Of a stretch of DNA of 50,627 nt, positions 1-9,503 are shown one piece after another. Under the pieces are notes generated by a model. It was not told where the DNA came from. It made no database searches and saw only the letters and a list, made by a program, of their open reading frames with translations. The stretch's first letter is position 1, and the number at the start of each line of letters is the position of its first letter. The DNA lies in the IMG/VR virus record IMGVR_UViG_3300003369_000002, positions 1-50,627 of that record; one strand, written 5' to 3'. The position numbers and the translations under genes are program-made. Source of the DNA: a virus. Its lineage: Duplodnaviria; Caudoviricetes.

Positions 1-2
1 CT

Positions 3-1514
3 ACGGCTATATTTCAAATGGAGTCTGACATGGCACATAAATATTTGGGTGATATAACAAGAAAGGAAGTCATAGAAAAGATTAAGATCCGCAATCCCAA
101 TATAACAATGTTTGAGTTATTCATGTTTATATGTGGAGCCATTAGGCCAGCCGGTGAAAATTTTAGAAATGATGCTTGCAACGGCATATTGAAGGATAAT
201 GGTATCGAAGAATTGAATGGGTTATTACACGAAACTCTTAACTATCTACTGCTACAAGAACAAATTATGCTCTTTCTTGTTAAGTTCTGTGGGTATTCTG
301 ATGCTGAAAGTGATCTTGTACGTAGAGCAATAGCTAAAAAGGGTGATACCACACCGATGTTAGCCGAGATAAGAGAGAGATTTTTAGAGTATACTCCCAG
401 GGTTCATAATATAAGTTTGGACAAAGCTAAAGAAATAATAGAGCCGTTTCTGTTAGATATACAGTCAGCAAGTGGATACGGATTCTCAAAAAATCATAAT
501 GTTCCTTATTCAATAACGGGTTATTGCCAGGGATGGTTGAGATATTACTATCCATTAGAATTTTTATCAAGTTGTCTTAATGCTTGGTCAGATGATGAGG
601 CAAAAACAAAAAGAATAATGGAGTATACCATAGGTAGGGGTATAAATTTGTTGCCTCCAAGATTTGGATATTCAAAGGGTGGCTATTTCTACAACAAAGA
701 AACCAATTCAATATACAAAGGAATAGGAAGTATTAAATTTTTAAACTCCACCGTAGCTGATGATTTATATGGTCTAAAGGATAATAAGTATGATGAATTT
801 TATGATTTATTGAAGGACATTAAAGATAAAACGTCATGCAATTCAAAACAGCTAGACTTACTGGTTAGGTGTGATTATTTTAATGTGTTTGGAGGAATAA
901 ATAAAATATTGAACTTCATAAAATGTTTCGATATTTTATTTCTTAAAAAAGCACCTAAGATAAAAACTATAGCTGAGAAAATAACTTTTCCTAATGTTTC
1001 AAGGATCATAGAAAATAACAGTTCACCTACCGCAGCCACTTACACTAAATTTGATTATGATAAATCATTACACGAAATATGGGATAATCTCAGGGAAGAA
1101 AATCTATCAGTGCAAGATAAAATATCCTTCCAAAAGGAAATACTCGGATATATAGACTATAAAAACGACAGATTAGACAAAAGATATGTACTAGTATCCG
1201 GTATAGATACTAAATATTCTCCAGTAATGGAAACCTACTGCCTTAATAATGGTAAAACGTGCCAATGTAAAATAAGTAAAAAAACATGGAATAATGAACC
1301 GTTACAAGAAAATCAATTCATCTACATACATGGAATGGAGCGTAAGTTTAAGATGAAAAAAGTCGGAGAGACCACGGATAAAAAAGGAAAAATTAAACCC
1401 TTATTTGAAAACACAGATGAGCTTGCGTGGTGGATTACAAGTTATTCTACGATAGATGACCTGGACGAAGCTATAGAAGATGCCTATGTAGACAAAGAAA
1501 CAACGTCAAACTAA
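3..1514 (+). CDS. dnaE: DNA polymerase III alpha subunit, C-terminal part (5' end outside window)
   Basis: Frame open from window edge (TAIFQMES). DnaE motifs IRP, LLQEQIM, SDLVRRAIAKK, YGFSKNH..Y, WLRYYYPLEF, GIGSIKF. Confidence 0.9.
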   Translation, partial: TAIFQMESDMAHKYLGDITRKEVIEKIKIRNPNITMFELFMFICGAIRPAGENFRNDACNGILKDNGIEELNGLLHETLNYLLLQEQIMLFLVKFCGYSDAESDLVRRAIAKKGDTTPMLAEIRERFLEYTPRVHNISLDKAKEIIEPFLLDIQSASGYGFSKNHNVPYSITGYCQGWLRYYYPLEFLSSCLNAWSDDEAKTKRIMEYTIGRGINLLPPRFGYSKGGYFYNKETNSIYKGIGSIKFLNSTVADDLYGLKDNKYDEFYDLLKDIKDKTSCNSKQLDLLVRCDYFNVFGGINKILNFIKCFDILFLKKAPKIKTIAEKITFPNVSRIIENNSSPTAATYTKFDYDKSLHEIWDNLREENLSVQDKISFQKEILGYIDYKNDRLDKRYVLVSGIDTKYSPVMETYCLNNGKTCQCKISKKTWNNEPLQENQFIYIHGMERKFKMKKVGETTDKKGKIKPLFENTDELAWWITSYSTIDDLDEAIEDAYVDKETTSN

Positions 1515-1552
1515 ATAGTATTGTAACAAAACAAATGAAAGGACGTGAAAGT

Positions 1553-2134
1553 ATGCCAAAGAAGTTCATATTGATTGTCACTATAGCTTTGGCTGAAGTT
1601 ATGTTCTTGACTTATCCAATTCAAACAGTCAAAGAGCGACAATTAATTTATAAACCAACAAAGACATTATCAATTTTAATGGCTAAACCAGTCATAAAGG
1701 AAGAGGAAGTTATAATACCTGTTCCTGCAACCTCTGTGCCTGTTGTAAAATTAGCTAATACAATCACACCTATATCTCTAAACTCTTCTGAGGTGGCTCT
1801 ACTGGCAAGACTTATACAAGCTGAGAGCCTATCAGAATCCTATGAAGGAAAGTTATGGGTAGGTTCAGTAGTAATAAATAGAATGAGAGTTTATAACAAA
1901 TCTATGAAAACTATCATATTTGAAAAGTATCAATTTGCTGGAACTCAAGGAAGGTTATTCAATATTGAACCTAGCAAGGAATGTATTCAAGCTGCTACTG
2001 ATGTACTGAGCGGTAATCTACGATCAAAGGAAGTATTATATTTTGTAGATTTACATTTATGCAACCCATCATGGATAAAGGACGTTGTGAGAATAACAAA
2101 AATAGGTACTCATACATTTTATAAAGAGAAATAA
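1553..2134 (+). CDS. SleB/Hydrolase_2-family cell wall hydrolase with N-terminal membrane anchor or signal
   Basis: LLARLIQAE..E.YEGK..VGSVVINR, YQF, terminal IG.H.FY; hydrophobic N-terminus; RBS GAAAGGA before ATG 1553. Confidence 0.85.
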   Translation: MPKKFILIVTIALAEVMFLTYPIQTVKERQLIYKPTKTLSILMAKPVIKEEEVIIPVPATSVPVVKLANTITPISLNSSEVALLARLIQAESLSESYEGKLWVGSVVINRMRVYNKSMKTIIFEKYQFAGTQGRLFNIEPSKECIQAATDVLSGNLRSKEVLYFVDLHLCNPSWIKDVVRITKIGTHTFYKEK

Positions 2135-2164
2135 AAAAAAGACAGGGAGTAAAATCCTTGTCTT
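2133..2164 (-). terminator. Intrinsic terminator between convergent hydrolase and parMR genes
   Basis: Stem AAGACAGGGA / TCCTTGTCTT followed by an 8-T run on the - strand. Confidence 0.75.
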
Positions 2165-2438
2165 AAACCTTCATATTTAATATTTTGAGAGCTGAGGTTT
2201 TTAACTTATCCTCATCAATGATTTCCACAGGCTTATCGGTCACGATAATATTTCTAATCTGTAGATACTCCTCAATGATTTTAAATACTTCTTCTTTATC
2301 AATTTTACCAGTTTCATTTTTCATATCAGCACGAATTAAATCTACGATATATTTTGTCATATTAGGGTTAGAATCAAGCTTTTCAAACACATCCATATAT
2401 TGTTTAAAATCAAATGTTTTTCTAGTGGATTTATCCAT
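2163..2438 (-). CDS. Putative ParR-like centromere-binding adaptor
   Basis: 91 aa, overlaps the end of the actin-like gene; MTKYIVDLIRADM resembles a ribbon-helix-helix segment; position typical of type II partition operons. Confidence 0.6.
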   Translation of the reverse strand: MDKSTRKTFDFKQYMDVFEKLDSNPNMTKYIVDLIRADMKNETGKIDKEEVFKIIEEYLQIRNIIVTDKPVEIIDEDKLKTSALKILNMKV

Positions 2439-3399
2439 TTATATCATCCTTAAATATTAAATTACCAACAGTGAGTAATCCCTTAGATCCATCATTAATA
2501 CAATCATCTGAAATAATAACTTGAGGTAATGCAATCTTTAATTGATCTTTATAAGTCAAACTAGTTCCTCCGGTTGCAAATAAATCAAGCGACTCTATAT
2601 TCCAATTATTTGACTTCATGGACTTTATAATCTTTCCAAGGTGCTCACTTATAGTTGATTTAATTATATCACAGGAAGTAGTCATTAGGACACCATTAAC
2701 TTTTAAGCCATTCTTAATGATATTTGAAATTTCATAATCCTTGAGATTTAAACTATATTTGGTATCTAGTTTCTTCTTGATTTCATTCTCTAGGATTATG
2801 CTTCCTAGGTTTTCAGTAAAGGATGTACCTGGAACAATATTCATATCGTCAAGGACACAACCGTTAATTGTAAGACCACCCCAATCTAGTATTCCTCTTA
2901 TATTATCCTGAAATAAATCTAAATGATTATATGCGTGTGCTACAGCCTGTGGGAAAGTCACTGATTTTACTATGTTAAATTTCTTGGGTATATCATCCAG
3001 TGTAGTTTCAAATATTCCTACTCCTTTTAGATATGCAGCAAAGTGATCTTTATTCTGATTATAAATTGAAAGAGGATAAGATGACACAAGGTAGAAATCA
3101 GTACCAGTAAAATCTGATAGCATTGATAGACCGGCTACAGTAATTATCTTATATAACTCATTAGCTGTCTTGTCATAATCTATCGAACTAATTTCAGCTC
3201 CTTGGCCTACGATGTAATCAATACCATTAAAGTTCAACCGATAAGTGTCATCCTTATTCAAAATGTCATTTGACTTTTCGTATTTGCTACGTATGTAAAT
3301 TGTTTTATCTTTTGTAGATATTTTAGTACCATAGTAACCATTATCGTCACCAGCTATTACTTTTGGCCTAGTAGTTTTTAATAAATCTTGAATTTGCAT
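2431..3399 (-). CDS. parM: ParM/StbA-family actin-like partition ATPase
   Basis: Phosphate-1 GDDNGYYGTK, PQ..A, phosphate-2 ILDWGGLT, adenosine motif TGGTS; RBS AAGGAGG. Confidence 0.85.
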   Translation of the reverse strand: MQIQDLLKTTRPKVIAGDDNGYYGTKISTKDKTIYIRSKYEKSNDILNKDDTYRLNFNGIDYIVGQGAEISSIDYDKTANELYKIITVAGLSMLSDFTGTDFYLVSSYPLSIYNQNKDHFAAYLKGVGIFETTLDDIPKKFNIVKSVTFPQAVAHAYNHLDLFQDNIRGILDWGGLTINGCVLDDMNIVPGTSFTENLGSIILENEIKKKLDTKYSLNLKDYEISNIIKNGLKVNGVLMTTSCDIIKSTISEHLGKIIKSMKSNNWNIESLDLFATGGTSLTYKDQLKIALPQVIISDDCINDGSKGLLTVGNLIFKDDING

Positions 3400-3421
3400 T
3401 AATATGACCTCCTTATATTTG

Positions 3422-3557
3422 TTTCATACTATTGTGAAAATTTTCATATCGTGATATACTCTATAATATGAAAGGATATGAAAAATACTGAACTATAAAT
3501 TGATTTTAGCATACATATTTAGGAAAGTAAACAAAATTCATATGAAATAGTATGAAA
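3422..3557. repeat. parC-like iterons (TATGAAA/TTTCATA) upstream of parM
   Basis: TTTCATA 3422, 3442; TATGAAA 3467, 3477, 3541, 3551; near-copies 3433, 3520, 3536; about 10-bp spacing within clusters. Confidence 0.6.
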
Positions 3558-3587
3558 ATTTATGTATTGAAAGGAAGTGAGAACTAT

Positions 3588-3746
3588 ATGGCAAGTGATT
3601 ATGAAAAAGAGGTAAGAATGACATATGTAGAAGCCAAGGAATATTTAAAATCCGTAGGAGAATGGGAATATGCTAAAGATAAAGATGGATATTCAATTGT
3701 AAATTATGCCTTGGATTTAAAAGAACAAAGGAAGTCTCTCATATAA
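3588..3746 (+). CDS. Hypothetical protein
   Basis: RBS GAAAGGA favours ATG 3588 over 3552; stop TAA is part of the palindromic site at 3744. Confidence 0.6.
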   Translation: MASDYEKEVRMTYVEAKEYLKSVGEWEYAKDKDGYSIVNYALDLKEQRKSLI

Positions 3747-3781
3747 AAGAGAAATTTTAATAGAAGAAATGAGGTGAAAAC

Positions 3782-3949
3782 ATGGGTAAATATAATTTTG
3801 ATCCATTTTGTGAATTTATAAATAATTGGAGTAGCAAAGATTTTGTATTGGGGATCAGATTGAAAATTGAGAATAATAGTTGCTGCGGAACATATGCTAT
3901 AGTAATTAATATTGGATTCTGGGAAATAGATTTAGGTTTCTGTAAATAA
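3782..3949 (+). CDS. Small hypothetical protein (55 aa; not in ORF track)
   Basis: RBS GAGGTG, ATG 3782, MGKYNFDPFCEF...LGFCK*. Confidence 0.6.
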   Translation: MGKYNFDPFCEFINNWSSKDFVLGIRLKIENNSCCGTYAIVINIGFWEIDLGFCK

Positions 3950-3963
3950 ATTGTATTTAGCTA

Positions 3964-3992
3964 TTGCATAATAAATAGTATTGTAGTATAGT
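3964..3992 (+). promoter_or_regulatory. SigA-type promoter with the 13-mer in its spacer
   Basis: TTGCAT-17 bp-TATAGT; spacer AATAAATAGTATTGTAG. Confidence 0.7.
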
Positions 3993-4027
3993 ATAAATAT
4001 CGAAGGAAAACAGAAAGGAGTTAGTAA

Positions 4028-4195
4028 ATGAAAAGAAGCGAAGTGGTTAAAGAATTGTTCTCAGCTTATTGTCAGCGAGAAGGTAGGAGAGTCTTAACAG
4101 AAAAGACCGAAAGAGAAATATACCAAGAGACAAGAAAAATCATAAAGTTCTTTGAAGCAGAAGAAAGTAAAATCGAACAAGTTAATATTAAATAA
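4028..4195 (+). CDS. Small hypothetical protein (55 aa; not in ORF track)
   Basis: RBS GAAAGGAG, MKRSEVVKELF...VNIK*. Confidence 0.6.
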   Translation: MKRSEVVKELFSAYCQREGRRVLTEKTEREIYQETRKIIKFFEAEESKIEQVNIK

Positions 4196-4225
4196 TATTA
4201 TAATAAATTTGAAGGAGAGATAAAC

Positions 4226-6064
4226 ATGGAAGAAAAGGTAGAATTAAAAGTAAACATAATTAATCAATTAAGGTTATTAAGGCAATCAACTTTCAAGGAT
4301 GTCCTTTGCTTTTTAGATGAGGATATACAGAATGCACAAAGAGCTAAGGCAACAAACGTTTATATTACAGTAAATAGGAATAGCGTGACTATAGAAAATG
4401 ATGGAGCAATATTAGATAACCCACAAGCACTATTTTCTATAGCAGAAAGTGGATGGGATAATGAAACAAAAGAAACTGAAAATCCCTTTGGAATGGGTTT
4501 CTTCAGTAATATTACAATTAGTAGTTTAATTGAAGTCTTCAGTGGGAATAAACACTTAGTCTTTGATGTAGATAATATGATAGATACCAATAATACTGAA
4601 ATAAAAATTGAAGAGTTAGAAGAATCTTATCCAGGATTTAAACTAGTTTTGAATAAATTCAATTTTGATACAGCTTCTAGTTATGACATTGGAGAAAGGG
4701 TTGAACAATTAGGACGATACGTACAGGACTTAAATGTTTATTATAATGGCGCTTTACAAGAAAAGAAAGATTTAACTGAAGGAGACAATAGTTATTTCCA
4801 ATTAAAAATTGAAGAAGATGATATTCAAGGTTGGATAGCATTGGGAAGTAACTATTGGTATAGCGATAATTTAAACATATTTTATAAAGGTAGATTAGTT
4901 AAGAAATTAGAAAATAGTCCTTATCTTAAAGGAGATATACATGTTGGAGATAAGACATTATCCTTAACCTCACCAGACAGAAAAGATATTATCAAGGATG
5001 GTAAATATTCTAGCTTTTATAAGAAAATACAGAATTACGCTAAAAAATTATGTGAAGAGGCGTTGCTAGAAGGCGATGAACAGGAAGTAGAAGAGTTTGC
5101 TAATGCAGTAGGATATTACGTAGATAAACAGAACGTTAAAAACAAAATAAGATTTTTGACACTAAAAGGGCAAGATGAAAAAGATTTTAAATACTTTGAA
5201 AAAATTGCCTTAGCTAAAAGTAAAGATAAGAACATTAGTAACTATAAAGATTTCCGGTTATATTTAGAAAAAGAAAGTGAAGTTCAATCTGAAAGTCATT
5301 TTGAAGAAATTGAGATAAAAGAGGATGTTGTCACCACCTTCCCTGATGCAAAAGGAATTATTACTCATAGCGGATCTAGCTCATATTCTGAAGGATATAC
5401 CGAAAGACCTGAAATTAAAGAGAAGGAAACAGAGGAAAAAATAGGAGAGATAATTATAAATAACGAGGAACCTGTCTTCTGGATGTCTTTTGGAGAAATT
5501 GAAACATATGAATTTAAATTTAATATGCTGAAATATTACGGACTAAAATTAATAATATCAAGGAACAAGGTTGAAGATCAAATACTAAAGGCTATGAAAG
5601 AATCAGACAAGGTAATTCATATTTCTGAATTATTAGAGGATGTTGAGATCACTGGGTATTTAACTATGACGGAATTAAGTATAAAAGAGCAAAGAGCTTT
5701 GATGCTGCTAGAATTAATAAGTAGGATATTAGGATTTAATCATAACATATTTGCTATAGGTGATTTAATGGTTACAAAAACAGTAAAGATAGAATCCTTA
5801 AATGTATCCAATGAAATTATTGAAGAAAGTATAACTGTATTAAGAAATCTCGGAGATAAGAAGACTTATATCGACAGAAGTATCATTGACTTAACGGATA
5901 TAGAAGAAAGTCTTAATTCCGAAATTACTATTAAGGACTATAAATTTATTCTAACTAATTTAGATAATCTAGTAGAACAATCTTATCTGTTATGTGAGGG
6001 ACATAAAAATAAAGATAAAGTTATGCAGGATATTTTACTAGGATTAGGTCAAGGAGTCTTATAA
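4226..6064 (+). CDS. GHKL/HATPase_c (Hsp90-like) ATPase domain protein
   Basis: EDIQNAQRAKA (N-box), IENDGA (G1), FGMGFFS (G2); long acidic C-terminal region not recognised. Confidence 0.7.
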   Translation: MEEKVELKVNIINQLRLLRQSTFKDVLCFLDEDIQNAQRAKATNVYITVNRNSVTIENDGAILDNPQALFSIAESGWDNETKETENPFGMGFFSNITISSLIEVFSGNKHLVFDVDNMIDTNNTEIKIEELEESYPGFKLVLNKFNFDTASSYDIGERVEQLGRYVQDLNVYYNGALQEKKDLTEGDNSYFQLKIEEDDIQGWIALGSNYWYSDNLNIFYKGRLVKKLENSPYLKGDIHVGDKTLSLTSPDRKDIIKDGKYSSFYKKIQNYAKKLCEEALLEGDEQEVEEFANAVGYYVDKQNVKNKIRFLTLKGQDEKDFKYFEKIALAKSKDKNISNYKDFRLYLEKESEVQSESHFEEIEIKEDVVTTFPDAKGIITHSGSSSYSEGYTERPEIKEKETEEKIGEIIINNEEPVFWMSFGEIETYEFKFNMLKYYGLKLIISRNKVEDQILKAMKESDKVIHISELLEDVEITGYLTMTELSIKEQRALMLLELISRILGFNHNIFAIGDLMVTKTVKIESLNVSNEIIEESITVLRNLGDKKTYIDRSIIDLTDIEESLNSEITIKDYKFILTNLDNLVEQSYLLCEGHKNKDKVMQDILLGLGQGVL

Positions 6065-6114
6065 AACAAGGGTTTTAAAATGTAAATAATAAAAATAGAG
6101 GAGAGATTTATATT

Positions 6115-6624
6115 ATGAAAGGAAAATTAATCAGTTCAAACGGATATAGCTACGGAGATATAGGAATTAAAGCTTTTAGATATGAAGGAATGGATTACTT
6201 TGTAGGAGACGTAGTTAGGCCAATGCAGGAAAACGGAATACAAAAGGAAGACACTATAGTTATATTCCACGAATTTAAGTATTTTCCAATGTGGTATGCA
6301 AGCATGGAATATTTCGCAAAAGAAAGATATCACTTAACTAAAATTAGAAACTGGGATGATTTGAAAGATAAAGAAATATTCTGTCATAAATCAGTTTATG
6401 TTCAGCTAGAAAAGGAAATTGATAAAACAATTAAATTAAATTTATCTGAAGGTGAAGCAAATAATTTGTTAGATTCATTGGTTACAGTTTGTGCAGCAAT
6501 GCAAGTAAATGATCATTTGCAATTTGAGCTAGATACAATAAATATGAAGGTAAAGGCAAAAATTATTCAATTAGAACCCAAAGAATTTGTATTTGATTTT
6601 ATAAATAAAACCGATATTAAATAG
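6115..6624 (+). CDS. Hypothetical protein
   Basis: ORF with RBS GAGGAG; no recognised motif. Confidence 0.65.
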   Translation: MKGKLISSNGYSYGDIGIKAFRYEGMDYFVGDVVRPMQENGIQKEDTIVIFHEFKYFPMWYASMEYFAKERYHLTKIRNWDDLKDKEIFCHKSVYVQLEKEIDKTIKLNLSEGEANNLLDSLVTVCAAMQVNDHLQFELDTINMKVKAKIIQLEPKEFVFDFINKTDIK

Positions 6625-6647
6625 TATTATATAAGGAGGAAAAGTAA

Positions 6648-6959
6648 ATGAAAGTTAATGATAACGTAACAGTAAAAGGTACAAAGGGAATTGTAAAACA
6701 GATAGACAAGGATTCAGCATTAATTACTTTAAATATTATGAGTGATGGAGTTTCTAAAACTATAGATCAATGGTATGCAAATGAAATTGTTGAAGAGGTA
6801 GTTGATTTACATACTGAAGCTGAGGAAGTATTTAGGGAACTGGAAGCTAAAGGATTATCAGATAAAGAGATTTCTGATTTAGTTTCTCAGGGTGGAGATG
6901 TATTTAAGAAAAAGGTTTTAGAGTTTGGAATATTACCAGAGGAGGATTTAAATGTGTAA
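6648..6959 (+). CDS. Hypothetical protein (KOW/SH3-like N-terminus)
   Basis: RBS AAGGAGG; MKVNDNVTVKGTKGIVKQID. Confidence 0.65.
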   Translation: MKVNDNVTVKGTKGIVKQIDKDSALITLNIMSDGVSKTIDQWYANEIVEEVVDLHTEAEEVFRELEAKGLSDKEISDLVSQGGDVFKKKVLEFGILPEEDLNV

Positions 6960-7125
6960 GGAAGATGAACATAAACTAGTCTATATGGATGCAAAGAGAA
7001 ATGAAATATATAAAGGGTGTTGGACTCAATACACCAAAACCTATAGATTCTTTTGTGAGAAATGTGGTGAAGTTATTACCAAAACAAATGAGGACTATTG
7101 TAGAGAAACTCCTGATTGGTATTAA
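6952..7125 (+). CDS. Small hypothetical protein with CxxC (57 aa; not in ORF track)
   Basis: RBS GAGGAGG; MCKEDEHK...FFCEKCGE...PDWY*. Confidence 0.6.
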   Translation: MCKEDEHKLVYMDAKRNEIYKGCWTQYTKTYRFFCEKCGEVITKTNEDYCRETPDWY

Positions 7126-7161
7126 CTTAAAATTAGGATTTTATATGAGAGGAGAAAAGTA

Positions 7162-7659
7162 ATGTATCAAGATTTTGTAGACTCAATGATGTCAGCATTC
7201 AACAAAAGTATCTCAGATCATGTCTATAACCATTTCGTTAATGGTGGAAATGAGGCCATGCTAAATGAACAAGCCGATAAAGCTTTTAAATTAGCAACTG
7301 AAAAGATAGATGCCAGAATAAGGGATGAGTTAGAAACTGCATTATATGGTGGTAATCATAAAACATATACATCAGCTGTTTCGGTATTTACCATGAAAGA
7401 GTTTGAAAGGACTATGAAGATTCTAAATGATATGCCTCCAATAGCTATAAGAATGGAAGTATTTAAGGAAGGATTTATGGTTATGTCACAAACAATTATT
7501 AGAAGTAATGTAGATGACGGGATGGACATAAATCCTTTGAAGGGTATAAAAGTTATAGTTGTAGAGGATGATCCTGAACTAAGAGTCAATCAAGGTAGAA
7601 TTATTTATAACAATGGAACCAGTAAAATAATTGATATTTATACTATAGTCCATAGATAG
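7162..7659 (+). CDS. Hypothetical protein
   Basis: RBS GAGGAG; lies between palindromic sites 7128 and 7695. Confidence 0.65.
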   Translation: MYQDFVDSMMSAFNKSISDHVYNHFVNGGNEAMLNEQADKAFKLATEKIDARIRDELETALYGGNHKTYTSAVSVFTMKEFERTMKILNDMPPIAIRMEVFKEGFMVMSQTIIRSNVDDGMDINPLKGIKVIVVEDDPELRVNQGRIIYNNGTSKIIDIYTIVHR

Positions 7660-7728
7660 AAAGGAGTATTTAGATACTAAATAATATCGTATATTAAAAA
7701 AGATATTTTATATGAAAGGAGAAGAAAT

Positions 7729-7914
7729 ATGAAGGAGGAAGTTAAGCAAGAATTTATAAAAGCTTATGATGAATTAATAAAAGCATGGGATAAATTAAGC
7801 AATATTACGTGTGGCGATGGAGATTGTAAAGAATGTCCAATAGACAAAGAAAAAAATGTACCTTGTCAACTTGGATATAACTTTTTCAATAATGAATGGA
7901 GTAATAAAATATGA
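7729..7914 (+). CDS. Small Cys-containing hypothetical protein
   Basis: RBS GAAAGGAG; C.DGDCKECP...C. Confidence 0.6.
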   Translation: MKEEVKQEFIKAYDELIKAWDKLSNITCGDGDCKECPIDKEKNVPCQLGYNFFNNEWSNKI

Positions 7915-8117
7915 AAGTGAAGTATAAAGATTGTGATATTGAGGCAGTACGTGAAAAATCTATATCGGGTAATAAGTTAATTTTCTTCAGTATTTTTGAT
8001 AATGGATTTGAAATTAATTCTGGATTTAGTGAAGGAGAAGACACTTTAAAAGATTTTATATATGGTTTAGAAAATGAAGTTGATGATTATAGAAATTTAA
8101 AAGAAAGTGGGGATTAG
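7911..8117 (+). CDS. Hypothetical protein
   Basis: ATGA overlap with previous gene. Confidence 0.6.
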   Translation: MKVKYKDCDIEAVREKSISGNKLIFFSIFDNGFEINSGFSEGEDTLKDFIYGLENEVDDYRNLKESGD

Positions 8118-8120
8118 TTT

Positions 8121-8339
8121 ATGGATGCTAATAAAGTACAAAGATTAAAAAATGATATAGATGGATATATAGGAAATGTATTATATAAAGAAAATAAATT
8201 AAGCAAAGAAGAACTAAAAGATGAATTAAGGTGTGTCTGTGAGTATATGATGGCTTTATGTGATTTATTATGTGATAAAAAAATAGAGAGTAAATTTTTA
8301 GGGATAGCTCCTTATATTAACGAAAATAAATTAATTTAA
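8121..8339 (+). CDS. Hypothetical protein
   Basis: Tightly packed ORF; stop inside site 8337. Confidence 0.6.
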   Translation: MDANKVQRLKNDIDGYIGNVLYKENKLSKEELKDELRCVCEYMMALCDLLCDKKIESKFLGIAPYINENKLI

Positions 8340-8379
8340 AAAGATGAATTTATTAGAATTATGAAAGGAGAGGTTGTAA

Positions 8380-8685
8380 ATGTTTTTCAATAGATGTGAT
8401 AAATGCCCAACAGTTGAAATACAGAGAACAACAATTAAATCGTTAGAAGAAAAACTATCAAAAATGAAAGAGCATTATAGAGAAGACATAAAAGTTTTAA
8501 ATCGCCAAATATGTCTTGAAAGAGATGAATATGAAAAAAGTAATTTTACAATTAAGGATGTTGATAGTAGAAGGAATATGATTGATCCTTATGAATTTGA
8601 AACTTTTACAAGATATGAATGTCCAACCCAAAAAGAAAGAGTAAGCAGAAGACCTACTTTCTATCAGAATTATTTTAAGATTTAA
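8380..8685 (+). CDS. Hypothetical protein
   Basis: RBS GAAAGGAGAGG; bracketed by sites 8337 and 8683. Confidence 0.65.
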   Translation: MFFNRCDKCPTVEIQRTTIKSLEEKLSKMKEHYREDIKVLNRQICLERDEYEKSNFTIKDVDSRRNMIDPYEFETFTRYECPTQKERVSRRPTFYQNYFKI

Positions 8686-8719
8686 AACAGCTATTCTATT
8701 ACGAAGGGAGAGGGTAAAG

Positions 8720-8971
8720 ATGTTTGAATCATATCATAAAAGACAACAGATCCGTCAATGTGAAGATATTCTTGAAATACTTACACACGAACTAAAAGTA
8801 GCAAACGATCACATGGAAATATATAAAAAATGTAAAGACAATCTTTTAAAGAATGATACTTGTTTAGAAAATATGGAAGCTGTGTTTCTAAAAGAAGTTG
8901 ATAAATTACAGACGCAGTTTTACAAACAAAATGAATATCTCAAACGAGATAAAGGAAAGGAGAAATTATGA
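8720..8971 (+). CDS. Hypothetical coiled-coil protein
   Basis: RBS GAAGGGAG. Confidence 0.6.
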   Translation: MFESYHKRQQIRQCEDILEILTHELKVANDHMEIYKKCKDNLLKNDTCLENMEAVFLKEVDKLQTQFYKQNEYLKRDKGKEKL

Positions 8972-9171
8972 TATTAAAAGGCAAAGACACAATTAATGAC
9001 ACCGTTGATTTAGAAGTATTATTTACGGTTGGTAAGGAGTATTGCTTTAATCCTGTGGATAATAAATACACTAGATATAACGGATTTGTAGGATGGATAA
9101 TAGATGATGAAACTTTTAAAAGGTGGTTATCGAAGGAATTTAAAGAAAAATATTTCGAGGAGGTAGAGTAA
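8968..9171 (+). CDS. Hypothetical protein
   Basis: ATGA overlap; RBS AAGGAG. Confidence 0.6.
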   Translation: MILKGKDTINDTVDLEVLFTVGKEYCFNPVDNKYTRYNGFVGWIIDDETFKRWLSKEFKEKYFEEVE

Positions 9172-9351
9172 ATGGCAATTAATATGATGTGTACAAATAG
9201 CTCATGCGAAAATTATTGGGAAGATAATTGTACTAAAAATATTAATGAAGAAAGAATTGAAATTAACGCTAGTGGACAATGTGAGACTTTCAAGCAAGGC
9301 GTAAGTAAATGGTACGAAGAAGCTGAAAAAGTGAATGGAGAAATATTATGA
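9172..9351 (+). CDS. Small Cys-rich protein (59 aa; not in ORF track)
   Basis: RBS GGAGG; C....C.NY....C......I.I...GQCETF. Confidence 0.6.
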   Translation: MAINMMCTNSSCENYWEDNCTKNINEERIEINASGQCETFKQGVSKWYEEAEKVNGEIL

Positions 9352-9500
9352 CAAAATTAAGTAAAAAGAAATGTTCTATGTGTGGTAAGAAACTAAATCC
9401 TAATAATCAAGTCAGTAGTGGCGAGAACAATTTCTGTGATATCTTCTGCCTAGATTGGTTTAAATCAACTTATGAAAATAAAAAGGAAGAGAGGGAATAG
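9348..9500 (+). CDS. Small zinc-finger-like protein (50 aa; not in ORF track)
   Basis: ATGA overlap; CSMCGKKL...FCDIFC. Confidence 0.55.
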   Translation: MTKLSKKKCSMCGKKLNPNNQVSSGENNFCDIFCLDWFKSTYENKKEERE

Positions 9501-9503
9501 ATA

